A stretch of 64,000 nt of DNA from assembly GCA_963665095.1 (NCBI GenBank), contig OY762069.1, positions 5,248,001 to 5,312,000 of the forward strand. The letters run 5' to 3'. Shown piece by piece: positions 49,017-58,750 of this stretch. A program made the translations under genes and the position numbers. Numbering within the stretch: position 1 is the stretch's first letter; every line of letters starts with the position of its first letter. The DNA comes from an uncultured Desulfobacter sp. (GTDB lineage: Bacteria > Desulfobacterota > Desulfobacteria > Desulfobacterales > Desulfobacteraceae). The notes below the pieces were generated by a model, which made no database searches, was not told the DNA's origin, and saw only the letters and a program-made list of their open reading frames with translations.

Positions 49017-50258
49017 ATGAGTAATGTTTATATAATTGGTCTGGGCATGATCCGGTTCAACAAGTATCCGGATTCCGACGTCAGGTCCATGGCCCATGAG
49101 GCCGTGAATCTGGCACTGACAGACGCCGGGTTGGACAAAAAGCAAATCCAGTCCGCCTTTTTTGCCAACACCTTCTGGGGTATGTTTGCCGGCCAGCAGT
49201 CCATCCGGGGCCAGGTGATCCTGCGCTCCATGGGCATTGAGGCCATTCCGGTCACCAACGTGGAAAATGCCTGTGCCGGGGCCTCCACCGCCCTTCATCT
49301 TGCCTACACCAGTATCAAGGCGGGCATGCAGGATGTGGTTCTGGCGCTGGGATCTGAAAAGATCACCCATGAAAACAAGGCGGTTTCCCTAGGCGCCTAT
49401 GCGTCCTGCATGGATGTGGGTAATTTTGAGCAGCACATTGCCATGATTGAAAAGGTGGGCAAAAGCTTTAAGCTTGATATCCCCGAAGACCAGAGTCCTG
49501 CCGGAAAGGACCGCAGCATTTTCATGGATGCCTATGCCATGGGAGCCCGCTGGCACATGAGCCGATACGGCTCCACCCAGGAGCAGCTGGCCGCCATCTG
49601 CGCCAAAAACCACTGGCACGGCTCTTTAAATCCCTTGTCCCAGTACCAACAGGATATGACCGTGGAAGAGGTCCTGGCTGACAGGGCCGTGGCCTGGCCC
49701 CTGACCCGGGCCATGTGCGCGCCCGTGGGCGACGGGGCCGCCGCCGCCATTGTCTGCTCTGAAAAATTTCTTAAAACCCTGACAGGGGCAAGGCCGATCA
49801 AAATCCGGGCCTCGGTGCTGGGCATGGGAACGGACCGGGATCTGGACGGCGAGGACATTGGCGAGCGCCTGGCAAAGCAGGCCTATGACCAGGCAGGGGT
49901 TGGTCCCAAAGATATCCACCTTGCCGAATTGCACGATGCAACCGCCTATGGAGAACTCCACCAGACCGAGGCCATGGGATTCTGCCCGCCCGGCGAAGGC
50001 GGCCCCTGGGCGTTGAGCGGCGCCACAAAACTTGGCGGCAGCCAGCCTGTGAATACCTCCGGGGGCCTGGAATGCCGCGGTCATCCCATCGGGGCCTCAG
50101 GGCTTGCCCAGATCTATGAAATCGGGCTGCAGCTCAGGGGAGAGGCCGGGAAACGCCAGGTGGAAGGGGCACTCTTAGGCTTAGCGGAAAACGGAGGCGG
50201 CAACATCGGGGTGGAAGAGGCGGCCATGTGCATCCACATCCTGGAGAAGGTGACATGA
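49017..50258 (+). CDS. SCPx-type thiolase-family protein
   Basis: NVENACAGAST, DGAAA, ELHDAT, NTSGGL..GHPIGASG, ENGGG. Confidence 0.9.
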   Translation: MSNVYIIGLGMIRFNKYPDSDVRSMAHEAVNLALTDAGLDKKQIQSAFFANTFWGMFAGQQSIRGQVILRSMGIEAIPVTNVENACAGASTALHLAYTSIKAGMQDVVLALGSEKITHENKAVSLGAYASCMDVGNFEQHIAMIEKVGKSFKLDIPEDQSPAGKDRSIFMDAYAMGARWHMSRYGSTQEQLAAICAKNHWHGSLNPLSQYQQDMTVEEVLADRAVAWPLTRAMCAPVGDGAAAAIVCSEKFLKTLTGARPIKIRASVLGMGTDRDLDGEDIGERLAKQAYDQAGVGPKDIHLAELHDATAYGELHQTEAMGFCPPGEGGPWALSGATKLGGSQPVNTSGGLECRGHPIGASGLAQIYEIGLQLRGEAGKRQVEGALLGLAENGGGNIGVEEAAMCIHILEKVT

Positions 50259-51076
50259 AAACCATTCTCATTACAGGAGCCGCTTCAGGCATTGGCCGGG
50301 AAACGGCCAGGCTGTTTTCAGCCCGGGGCTGGTTCACAGGGCTGTGCGATCTGAATCACAAAGCGCTCGATGCCCTGGTGCAGGAAATAGAGGCAGGCGA
50401 GGGCAAAGGAAAAGTGGTTGCCATCCCCATGGATGTGACGGATGAGGCGTCTGTGAATCACGGTCTGTCGCTCTTTCTGGAACAGACCCGGGGCCGGCTG
50501 GATCTTCTTTTCAATTCCGCAGGCGTTCTGGCCATGGGGGGACATGATACCATTTCTTTTTCCCGCCACAGGTCAATTGTGGATGTGAACCTTACCGGGG
50601 TTCTCAACCTCATCTCGGCAAGTTTTCCAGCCCTGAAAGCCACTCCAGGCGCAGCAGTTATCACCATGTCTTCTGCCTCTGCCGTATACGGCACCCCGGA
50701 ACTTGCCACCTACTCCGCCACCAAGCATGCTGTCCGGGGGCTGACCGAAGCCTTGAATATTGAATTTTCCCCCTATGATATTCATGTGGGGGATATCATG
50801 GTCTCCTATGTTCAGACCCCCATGATAACCGCATCAAAGGTCCAGGCCACCAGCGTGAAGCGGCTCAAGGTCAATGCCACGCCCCGGACTGTGGCCCAAA
50901 CCGTCTACAAGGCCTTTCACCGGCGAAAGGTCCACTGGCACATCGGCGGCATGCTCAAACTGCTGATTGTGACATCCAGCCTTGCGCCGTTTCTAAAACG
51001 GCCGCTGGTCAAGGCGCTTGCCTTTTCTTCCCGGAACTTGAAAAATGTTCATGGGAAAGAACCGGCCTGTCCCTAA
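50255..51076 (+). CDS. SDR-family oxidoreductase
   Basis: TGAASGIG, NSAG, YSATK; ATGA overlap with the thiolase. Confidence 0.92.
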   Translation: MKTILITGAASGIGRETARLFSARGWFTGLCDLNHKALDALVQEIEAGEGKGKVVAIPMDVTDEASVNHGLSLFLEQTRGRLDLLFNSAGVLAMGGHDTISFSRHRSIVDVNLTGVLNLISASFPALKATPGAAVITMSSASAVYGTPELATYSATKHAVRGLTEALNIEFSPYDIHVGDIMVSYVQTPMITASKVQATSVKRLKVNATPRTVAQTVYKAFHRRKVHWHIGGMLKLLIVTSSLAPFLKRPLVKALAFSSRNLKNVHGKEPACP

Positions 51077-51139
51077 CGGCTTTTGTGTCCAGATAAAACG
51101 CCTGGAATAAAGGCCCGCATACACCGCAGGTTTTTAATC

Positions 51140-51180
51140 AAAAAAAATGCCGCAGAAAGGGGCGTCCTTTCTGCGGCATT
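51140..51180 (-). terminator. Intrinsic terminator of zraP (possibly bidirectional)
   Basis: AATGCCGCAGAAAGG / CCTTTCTGCGGCATT stem with a U-tract on the minus strand. Confidence 0.8.
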
Positions 51181-51199
51181 GTATTCTTACCGATGGGGT

Positions 51200-51613
51200 C
51201 TACCAGCATCTGGCAGACTGATTACGGTACTGGCCGGGGCAGTTGCCTTTGCCGTGGCCATTTCCCCTGCCGCCGCTCATTGGGCCGCTGACATTATACT
51301 CCAGGGCTTTGGCTCTGATCTGTGCCTGGGTCTTGGTGATATTCTCAGCCAGGGTCCGGGCCTTTTTGGGGTCGGGATTGGGCCCTGCCATCAGGGCATT
51401 CAACTCGGCTCTGTCCCCGGAAATTGATACCCGAAGCGCCTGGGTATCCTTATAAAAGGATGCATAATCTCCCTGATTTGCTGCGGCCTGATTATTGTAT
51501 CCATTGCCATTCATTCTGCCGCCGGCTCCGCATCCCCCGCCCCAGGCATAGGCACTGACGGTAAAAAATCCCATGATGAATATTGCGGTAACTGCTGTAA
51601 TTGCTTTTTTCAT
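51200..51613 (-). CDS. zraP: ZraP/Spy-like periplasmic sensor-chaperone
   Basis: Signal peptide, Gly-rich termini, RAELNALMA..NPD helix pair; divergent from zraSR. Confidence 0.8.
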   Translation of the reverse strand: MKKAITAVTAIFIMGFFTVSAYAWGGGCGAGGRMNGNGYNNQAAANQGDYASFYKDTQALRVSISGDRAELNALMAGPNPDPKKARTLAENITKTQAQIRAKALEYNVSGPMSGGRGNGHGKGNCPGQYRNQSARCW

Positions 51614-51692
51614 GATAAACTCCTTTGCATTGTGTTTTTGACTTTTCTGTTTTTAAACTGCGTACGCCATTTTGACTTCATGGACTGGATAT

Positions 51693-51708
51693 TGCAGCAG
51701 GTATGCCA
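51693..51708 (-). promoter_or_regulatory. sigma54 promoter of zraP
   Basis: TGGCATACCTGCTGCA (GG-N10-GC). Confidence 0.78.
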
Positions 51709-51804
51709 GAAAGCATGATAAAGGAATTAAAAAAGTTAATTTATTGTAATTAAAAGATTTTTAATCTCTAATTAATTTTTACCCATTGTAAAATGAAAAG
51801 GATG

Positions 51805-51855
51805 TGGTTAAATTTTAATCGCCGGATCAACAGTCGGGTGATTAAAATTTAACCA
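51805..51855. promoter_or_regulatory. Candidate ZraR upstream activator sites
   Basis: Perfect 16-bp inverted repeat TGGTTAAATTTTAATC / GATTAAAATTTAACCA, 19-bp spacer, about 100-150 bp upstream of the sigma54 promoter. Confidence 0.65.
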
Positions 51856-51866
51856 GACAGCTGAAA

Positions 51867-53687
51867 ATGATGAAGTCAAATACCAAAACACCCTATTTAA
51901 ACCGTTCCATCTCCCCCTGGGTAATCATAGGGATCAGTGTTGTCCTGGTGGGGGTTGTGGCCATCCAGGCCGCCATGAACTACAACCGGGAAAAAAAATA
52001 TATGGGCCAGATCCTTTCGGAAAAGGGTGCGGCCCTGATCCGGTCCTTTGAGGCGGGAAGCATCACCGGAATGATGGGACGCATGGGCAGCGAGGCCCGT
52101 CTGCAGACCCTGCTGGAAGAGAGCGCCGCCCAGGAGGATATTGCATATATCGTCATTGCGGACCGGACAGGGACGATCCTGGCTCATAATCAAAAGGAGA
52201 AAATCGGTACCGAATTTTCCCCCCCTTTGGACAAAGCGGATGCAGCGCCGTCTGACCAGCCCCAATGGCGTACGGTCAAAAATGCCGAAACCACAGATTA
52301 TTTCGAAGTCTATAAAAACTTTCTGCCGCAATTAAACAGAAAGGGACACGGCAGAGGTTCAGGAAAGCATATGGGGGAACATACAGGCAGAAATATGAAG
52401 TGCTCCCCCGGCTGGGTAAAAGGCCTGCCCAGACAGCAGTTGCTGGACCCTGATAAGCGGCCGGTTATTTTTATCGGCATGGACATTCAGCCCTTTGAAC
52501 ATGCCAGAAAAGAGGACATTCAAAACAGTTTCATCAGCATTGCGCTTATTTTATTCTTAGGGCTTGCCGGCATTGTCTCTTTGTTCTGGGCCCAGAACCA
52601 TGCACGTTCCCGCAGGCTGCTTCTGGATACCCGGGCCTTTGCCTCGGAACTTGTGACAAGTCTTCCCATGGGCATTGTGGCCGTGGATGAGACCGCAAAA
52701 ATCATCTATGTGAATGAGACTGCCTCCCGATTTCTGAAAAAAGAACTGAACGAAATAAAAGACAGAACGGCTTCAGAAGTCCTGCCGGCATCCCTTCTGG
52801 CACTGCATGAACAGGTGGAAAAAGGGGAGACGGTCCTGGAACAGGAGATGACGCTCTCCTCAAGCAACGGAAACGCCATACCCGTCACCGTGACCATCAC
52901 TAAAATTGTCGGCGCCCAGGACAATTTTATCGGACATGTTTTCAGCCTCAAGGATTTAAGCCAGATCCGGGCCCTGGAGCGTGAAATCAAGCAGAAGGAA
53001 AAGCTTGCCGCCGTGGGAATTCTGGCCGCAGGCGTGGCCCATGAAATCAGAAACCCCTTAAGCTCAATAAAAGGATATGCCACCTACTTCAGCAGCCTGT
53101 TTGATCCGGAAAGCGATAATAAAAAAGCGGCCAATATCATGGCCGAAGAGGTGGACCGGGTGAACCGGGTCATCTCAGAGCTGCTTGAGTTTGCACGCCC
53201 CATTCCCCTTGAATTAAAAGAAACCCCCATATTTGAACTGGTGGACAAGGCGTTGCGCCTGATAAAATATGAAGCAGATCCGGCCAATATAAAAATTGTC
53301 AGCACCATTGAACCCGACCTGCCCGGGGTGGCCGTGGATAAAGACCGATTGACTCAGGTGCTGCTCAACATATTTATCAACGCCATCCAGGCCATGAAAA
53401 CAGGCGGCACTTTAACCGTAAATGTGAAAACAAAAGGGAACCTGCTGCTGTTTGAAGTTTCCGATACGGGCAGTGGCGTTTCCAGCGAAGACCAGGCCAA
53501 TATATTCAATCCCTATTTTACAACCAAAAAGCAGGGCACAGGATTAGGCCTTGCCATTGCCTTTAAGATCATAGAGGGCCATGGCGGCACCATCACCATT
53601 GACAGCGTGAAGGATAAAGGCACCACATTTCTAATTTCAATCCCCATAAACAAGGACATGGAACAACCCCAAGAGGTGCAGATATGA
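51867..53687 (+). CDS. zraS: ZraS-like sensor histidine kinase
   Basis: EKGAALIRSFEA, AGVAHEIRNPLSSIKGYA, PYFTTK, GTGLGL; His/Met/Gly-rich periplasmic loop. Confidence 0.85.
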   Translation: MMKSNTKTPYLNRSISPWVIIGISVVLVGVVAIQAAMNYNREKKYMGQILSEKGAALIRSFEAGSITGMMGRMGSEARLQTLLEESAAQEDIAYIVIADRTGTILAHNQKEKIGTEFSPPLDKADAAPSDQPQWRTVKNAETTDYFEVYKNFLPQLNRKGHGRGSGKHMGEHTGRNMKCSPGWVKGLPRQQLLDPDKRPVIFIGMDIQPFEHARKEDIQNSFISIALILFLGLAGIVSLFWAQNHARSRRLLLDTRAFASELVTSLPMGIVAVDETAKIIYVNETASRFLKKELNEIKDRTASEVLPASLLALHEQVEKGETVLEQEMTLSSSNGNAIPVTVTITKIVGAQDNFIGHVFSLKDLSQIRALEREIKQKEKLAAVGILAAGVAHEIRNPLSSIKGYATYFSSLFDPESDNKKAANIMAEEVDRVNRVISELLEFARPIPLELKETPIFELVDKALRLIKYEADPANIKIVSTIEPDLPGVAVDKDRLTQVLLNIFINAIQAMKTGGTLTVNVKTKGNLLLFEVSDTGSGVSSEDQANIFNPYFTTKKQGTGLGLAIAFKIIEGHGGTITIDSVKDKGTTFLISIPINKDMEQPQEVQI

Positions 53688-55108
53688 AAGGCCGACTACT
53701 GATTGTTGATGATGACAAAGCCCATTTGTCAATGCTTGAAACCCTGTTGAAAAGCCTTTCCTACACGATTACGTGTGCCGGTGACGGAGAGGATGCCATC
53801 CGCGAGGTGCAAAAGGTGCCCTATGACCTGGTGCTCATGGATGTCAGGATGGCCAATGTGGGCGGTATGGAGGCGCTCAAAGAGATCAAGCACCTTAACC
53901 CGTCCATCCCGGTGATTATCATGACCGCCTACTCTTCCGTGGATAAGGCCGTGGAGGCCATGCGGCTGGGGGCGGATGACTATCTAACCAAACCGTTGAA
54001 CTTTGAGGAGCTGAAACTCTCCATTGAACGGGTGACACAACATCTGCAGCTCTCTCAGGAAAACAGCCGGCTAAAAGAGCAGCTGATCACTGAAGGAAAT
54101 TTTTCAGGCATCATCGGTTCAAGCCCGGCCATCAAAGAGGTCATTGAGACAGCGAAAATTGCCGCGCCCACCGAGGCCACCATCCTGATTTCAGGAGAAA
54201 GCGGCACCGGCAAAGAGCTATTTGCCAAGGCCATTCACAAAAACAGCAAAAGAAAAGAGAACCCCCTGGTCTCAGTGAGCTGTGCCGCGTTAAATGAAAC
54301 CCTGCTGGAATCAGAACTTTTCGGCCATGAAAAAGGGGCGTTCACCGGGGCCGAGAAACGCCGGGACGGCCTCTTTATCTCTGCGGACAAAGGTACAATT
54401 TTCCTGGATGAAATCGGAGAGATCCCCTTATCCATGCAGGTAAAACTGCTCAGGGTCCTTCAGGAAAAAGAGATCCAGAAGGTGGGCAGTGACACGGTGA
54501 CAAAGATTGATACCCGGGTGATTGTGGCCACCAACCGGAATCTGGAAGAAGAGGTTGAAAAGGGGAACTTCCGCCAGGATTTGTTCTACCGGCTCAATGT
54601 TATCAATATAAAAGTTCCTCCGTTGCGGGAGCGGACCGATGATATCCCTTTGCTGGCCCAGAAATTCTTAAACCGGTTCACAAAGGAGAACAATAAGATC
54701 ATCAAGGGATTCACCCCCATGGCCATGGATGCCCTGACCAAATACAACTGGCCGGGCAATGTGCGTGAACTTGAAAATATTATTGAACGGGCCATTATCC
54801 TGTGCCTGGGCCAGTACATCTCTGAAAAAGACCTGCCCGCCAATGTGCTCAAGGACTATACCCCTGAAACTTCGGTTCAGCTCCAGCTTGCCGGGGGAGG
54901 AAAAACCCTGGATGAAATCGAAAGCATTGCCCTGATTGAAACGCTTCGGCAGACAAAGGGCAACAAAACCGAGGCCGCTAAAATTCTTAATATTACAAGA
55001 ACCACTTTAAACAACAAGCTTAAGCGCCACGACCTGGACCTTTCCACTATCCTGCCGTTAGATAGCGACAAACCAGTGGATTTAGACTCCTGCAAGGATT
55101 GTTTTTGA
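53684..55108 (+). CDS. zraR: ZraR-like sigma54-dependent response regulator
   Basis: REC, GESGTGKE, GAFTGA, FLDEIG, WPGNVRELEN, Fis HTH. Confidence 0.88.
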   Translation: MKGRLLIVDDDKAHLSMLETLLKSLSYTITCAGDGEDAIREVQKVPYDLVLMDVRMANVGGMEALKEIKHLNPSIPVIIMTAYSSVDKAVEAMRLGADDYLTKPLNFEELKLSIERVTQHLQLSQENSRLKEQLITEGNFSGIIGSSPAIKEVIETAKIAAPTEATILISGESGTGKELFAKAIHKNSKRKENPLVSVSCAALNETLLESELFGHEKGAFTGAEKRRDGLFISADKGTIFLDEIGEIPLSMQVKLLRVLQEKEIQKVGSDTVTKIDTRVIVATNRNLEEEVEKGNFRQDLFYRLNVINIKVPPLRERTDDIPLLAQKFLNRFTKENNKIIKGFTPMAMDALTKYNWPGNVRELENIIERAIILCLGQYISEKDLPANVLKDYTPETSVQLQLAGGGKTLDEIESIALIETLRQTKGNKTEAAKILNITRTTLNNKLKRHDLDLSTILPLDSDKPVDLDSCKDCF

Positions 55109-55149
55109 AGCTCTTAAAAAGGCGAATTTGTTTAAATGGGACAGTATCC

Positions 55150-55345
55150 TGTCGCCTTCATCTACTTCCGGGGCCAGCAGTTGTGTCTCTCCGTTGGGCA
55201 CGTCCAGGATTACAAACTGCCAGGCAAAATTAAATTTGGAGCCCACATCAACCGGGTAGTCCACCTCGTTGAACAGTTCCCCGAGATAGATTTTTGCTGT
55301 CTCACGCAGTTTGCTGTAATCCTGGATGAAATTCTGAACGGTCCC
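55150..55345 (-). pseudogene. Internal gene fragment resembling DUF3150 proteins
   Basis: Start-less frame TVQNFIQDYSKLRETAKIYLGELFNEVDYPVDVGSKFNFAWQFVILDVPNG; family assignment from recall only. Confidence 0.5.
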
Positions 55346-55409
55346 CTGAATTATGACGGATTAAAAATACCCTGAATTACCTGGTAGAAAATATACCCAT
55401 TCCAAATTG

Positions 55410-55460
55410 TTGACAAAAACGCTGCCTCCCATTATGTTGCTATAAGAGTAGCAACATAAT
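55410..55460 (+). promoter_or_regulatory. sigma70 promoter with overlapping palindromic operator
   Basis: TTGACA-17-TATGTT; ATTATGTTGCTA-N6-TAGCAACATAAT perfect 12-bp inverted repeat 55431-55460. Confidence 0.75.
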
Positions 55461-55533
55461 GACTATGTACTTTGATTCGGGCAGATCTGATCAGGACAAA
55501 AAGGGTTACCCGTATAAGTTTAAAGGTATTTAA

Positions 55534-56319
55534 ATGAGCAGCAACGGATTAACAAACTTAGGTTTTTCACAATATGAGGCCGCCTGTTACATGACACTTG
55601 TGGCCAATCATCCTGTGAACGGATCCCAGCTGAGCAAAATTTCAGGCATTGCCAGATCACGCATCTATGACGTCCTTCGAAATCTGATTGCCAAGGGATA
55701 TGTCGTCGAAGTCCAGGCAGGGCAGTACGCGCCCCTGCCCTCGGAGGAACTGATCCGGCAGCTGCGGCAGGAATTTGATGCCAATATTGTGGCTGTGGAA
55801 AAAGAGATCAGCCAGGCCGGCCGGAAACAGGATTATGAATATATCTGGACCCTGACCGGATTTGACAATGTCATCTCCAAGGCCAGGGAGATGATCAAAG
55901 GTGCTGAGCATGAAATTTACGTCCGGCTCTTTCCCGTGGCGGATGAGCATCTGCACAAAGAGCTGGAACAGGCCCGGAAAAGAGGCGTGGCCATCCGGTA
56001 TATTGCCATGGGAGAGATCCCCAAACGGTTTGATGTCCAGGTCACCCATCCGGGCAGGGAAGATCTGATCGCACAATTGGGCGGTCGCTCCTTTGATGTG
56101 ATCACAGATGCAACAGAAGCGCTGGTGGGCATATTTGAAACAGGAAATGAAGACGCATCCCCCATTAACTGGACCCGGAACCACTGGTTCATCGTGGCCA
56201 ACAGAGACAGCCTGCGCCATGACTTTTACCACTGCTTTCTTGAAAAGGTGCTGGACCGGGGACAGCCCTTAACTGAAAAAGAACAGACAATATATGAAAC
56301 AATAAAACAGGAAATATAG
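55534..56319 (+). CDS. TrmB-family transcriptional regulator
   Basis: LGFSQYEAACY, SGIARSRIYDVLRNL wHTH, C-terminal effector domain. Confidence 0.9.
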   Translation: MSSNGLTNLGFSQYEAACYMTLVANHPVNGSQLSKISGIARSRIYDVLRNLIAKGYVVEVQAGQYAPLPSEELIRQLRQEFDANIVAVEKEISQAGRKQDYEYIWTLTGFDNVISKAREMIKGAEHEIYVRLFPVADEHLHKELEQARKRGVAIRYIAMGEIPKRFDVQVTHPGREDLIAQLGGRSFDVITDATEALVGIFETGNEDASPINWTRNHWFIVANRDSLRHDFYHCFLEKVLDRGQPLTEKEQTIYETIKQEI

Positions 56320-56331
56320 GAGGTAATCACC

Positions 56332-57612
56332 ATGACAAGTATGAGAAAAATACATAATTTCGACGGATTCTCCACTGAATCCGATGATGCGATCTTCAAC
56401 CTGGAAGAAAATTTCGGCGCCCATCATTACGACAGAATCAACCTGGTGGTCAGACGCGCCCAAGGCTGCTGGCTCACCGATGACAAGGGCAACAAATACC
56501 TGGACTGCCTGGCAGCCTACTCTGCCGCCAATCCGGGCCACCATCATCCCGCCATCACCAATGCCCTGATGGACGCGCTTATCGGCAACTATGCCTCTGT
56601 TATTTCCAATGTTGTATTCACCGATCCTTTGGGAATTTTTCTGTCCGAAGCCGCCAAATTTGCGCCTCAGATGGCACCCAGATTCGGCAACCACGGCAAC
56701 AAAGTACTGCCCAAAAACGGCGGGGTTGAATCCGTTGAAACCGCCATCAAAGCCATGCGTTACTACGGTTTTAAACAGAAAGGCATTGAAGACGGCAAAC
56801 AGGAGATCATTGTATTCAATAACAACTTCCACGGCCGGACCATTTCCGTGGTCTCCTTTTCCACCAGCAAAAAGTACAGCGAAGGATTCGGCCCCCTGAC
56901 ACCGGGGTTTGTCTCTGTTCCCTTTGGCGACCTGGAAGCGGTTAAAAAAGCGATTACCCCCAATACCTGCGGCATTCTTGTGGAACCGTTCCAGGGTGAA
57001 GGCGGCATGTTAATTCCGCCCAAGGGCTTCCTCAAAGGGTTAAGAGAGATCTCCGACGAAAAAGATCTCTTCCTGGTGTGTGACGAGATCCAAGTGGGTA
57101 TGGGCCGTACCGGTAAAAAATTCTGCTTTGAGCATGAAGGCATTGTGCCCGACGGCGTGATCCTTGGTAAAGCCCTGTCCGGCGGTCTGGTGCCTCTGTC
57201 CGTGTTCATTACCAATGCAAAGATAATGGATCTCATCTTCTCCAAGGGGTCTGACGGATCCACATTCGGCGGATATCCCCTGGCCTGTGTGGCCGGTGCT
57301 GCCTCACTTAAAGTGTTTGAAGAGGAGAAGCTTGCTGAACAATCTGCAGTTAAAGGCGAGCGGTTGAAAAAGCGCATCGAAGAGATTGCCAATCGCTCTG
57401 TCTACGTGAAAGAAGTCAGGGGGGCAGGCCTTTTCATTGGTATTGAGGTTAAAGACGGCAATGCCATGGAGTTCTGCCACAAGCTGCTGGACGAGGGTCT
57501 GGTGGTCAATGACAGCCACGGCCACACCATCCGTATCTCTCCGCCCCTGGTCATCAATGACGAAGAGATGGATTTTCTGGTGGAACGGCTGGAAAGAGTG
57601 CTGGTTCCCTGA
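56332..57612 (+). CDS. rocD: Ornithine aminotransferase (class III PLP-dependent)
   Basis: FGAHHY, DCLAAYSAANPGH, NFHGRT, EPFQGEGG, DEIQVGMGRTG, GKALSGG, GSTFGG. Confidence 0.85.
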   Translation: MTSMRKIHNFDGFSTESDDAIFNLEENFGAHHYDRINLVVRRAQGCWLTDDKGNKYLDCLAAYSAANPGHHHPAITNALMDALIGNYASVISNVVFTDPLGIFLSEAAKFAPQMAPRFGNHGNKVLPKNGGVESVETAIKAMRYYGFKQKGIEDGKQEIIVFNNNFHGRTISVVSFSTSKKYSEGFGPLTPGFVSVPFGDLEAVKKAITPNTCGILVEPFQGEGGMLIPPKGFLKGLREISDEKDLFLVCDEIQVGMGRTGKKFCFEHEGIVPDGVILGKALSGGLVPLSVFITNAKIMDLIFSKGSDGSTFGGYPLACVAGAASLKVFEEEKLAEQSAVKGERLKKRIEEIANRSVYVKEVRGAGLFIGIEVKDGNAMEFCHKLLDEGLVVNDSHGHTIRISPPLVINDEEMDFLVERLERVLVP

Positions 57613-57635
57613 TTCTTAGACTATAGATTTAGTTA

Positions 57636-57670
57636 AAAGGGAGAGGCCCATAAGGTCTCTCCCTTTCTTA
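57636..57670 (+). terminator. Intrinsic terminator after rocD
   Basis: AAAGGGAGAGGCC / GGTCTCTCCCTTT stem followed by T-rich tail. Confidence 0.75.
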
Positions 57671-58005
57671 TCCCCTCCGACTATATGTCGCACGACTTTC
57701 TCATAATTTTTTCACTATCAAAACTCTTTGCGTTCTGTGATGACATTGTGATTCTCTGTCTCCATATTAAATTTCCCCGGTTTTTATTTCTGGGTTTTCC
57801 GTTTTTCTACCAGGCAGAAGGGTGTTGCTTAAAATAAATCCATAGCTGTTAAACGGGGACCTGGGTCTGTTTAAAAATTAATTGACAGAATTTTTTGATT
57901 TGATAAAAGTGAATGGATTTAGAAGGTGACATCTGTTCTGGTTGTCATCTCATAACGTATTAGTAATGTCCGTAACTTGTAACATTTGAAAGAAAGTGAG
58001 AAAAC

Positions 58006-58446
58006 ATGAAATTAAATCTTTTTATTTTTACCGTTGTATTATCTGTATTCACAACTGTCGCATTTGCAGAGGACCAGTTAGTCACCTTAACGATTCAAGA
58101 TGCTATGGACAATTCAAAGGTGCAGAGCGCCCTTTATGACGATATCGCTCTTTACTGGGGATCCCAGACCCATCCGCAGGTCATAGAGAAATATGGGGAA
58201 TTCAAAACCAGTAAAAGAGCCAATAAGTTGGGCAAAAGCCGGGACGCAGCATGCCAGTGGGCTCTGGCGTCTGCTGTTAAGGCATTGCAGCAACGGGCCA
58301 GAAGGGAAGGCGGTAATGCGGTTATCAATCTAACATCCAATGTACAAGATCATGAATTATCAAGTGATACCTCATATGAATGTTTATGCGGGGGGATGAT
58401 GGTTAATGTCGCCGTGAAAGGCGATGTCGTGAAGCTGGCAAAGTAA
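58006..58446 (+). CDS. Secreted YbjQ-like protein (family often misannotated as excinuclease subunit)
   Basis: Signal peptide; ACQWALASA..LQQRA..EGGNAVIN, YECLCG. Confidence 0.75.
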   Translation: MKLNLFIFTVVLSVFTTVAFAEDQLVTLTIQDAMDNSKVQSALYDDIALYWGSQTHPQVIEKYGEFKTSKRANKLGKSRDAACQWALASAVKALQQRARREGGNAVINLTSNVQDHELSSDTSYECLCGGMMVNVAVKGDVVKLAK

Positions 58447-58624
58447 CGTCTTTTTCGGGATTTATTTTTGTAAAACGTTCAATTTCCTTCATGCAAGAAT
58501 ATTTCTCGAATCCAAATAAAGTTTGATCGACATGATATGTTCAATTCTAACAGCCAATTTAAAAAGAAAGAGCATATCATGTCGAAAGCTGTTGCTGCAC
58601 AAAGCTGCCAAATCATATAATCGG

Positions 58625-58750
58625 GCCTCACGTACTGAATTACGTTCCGGTTGCAGCTTTGCTTGCGCCTTGCATCTGGGCAATTTTGTGGGCATGCGCC
58701 CCTCTTGCGAGCCGTCCAGACACCAAACAAGGGGTTTTCGTTCAGGCACA
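58625..58750 (-). repeat. Partial longer copy of the MITE/REP-like element at 6192
   Basis: GC-richer insert in an AT-rich intergenic region; terminal 30 nt match 6194-6223 at 26/30; left boundary approximate. Confidence 0.6.

Noticed and set aside
56319..56326. rocD RBS (GGAGGTAA) as target of the putative sRNA
   Set aside because: 8-nt complementarity to a Shine-Dalgarno sequence is expected by chance
58006..58446. Excinuclease ABC subunit A label
   Set aside because: 146-aa secreted protein without ABC ATPase motifs; not UvrA
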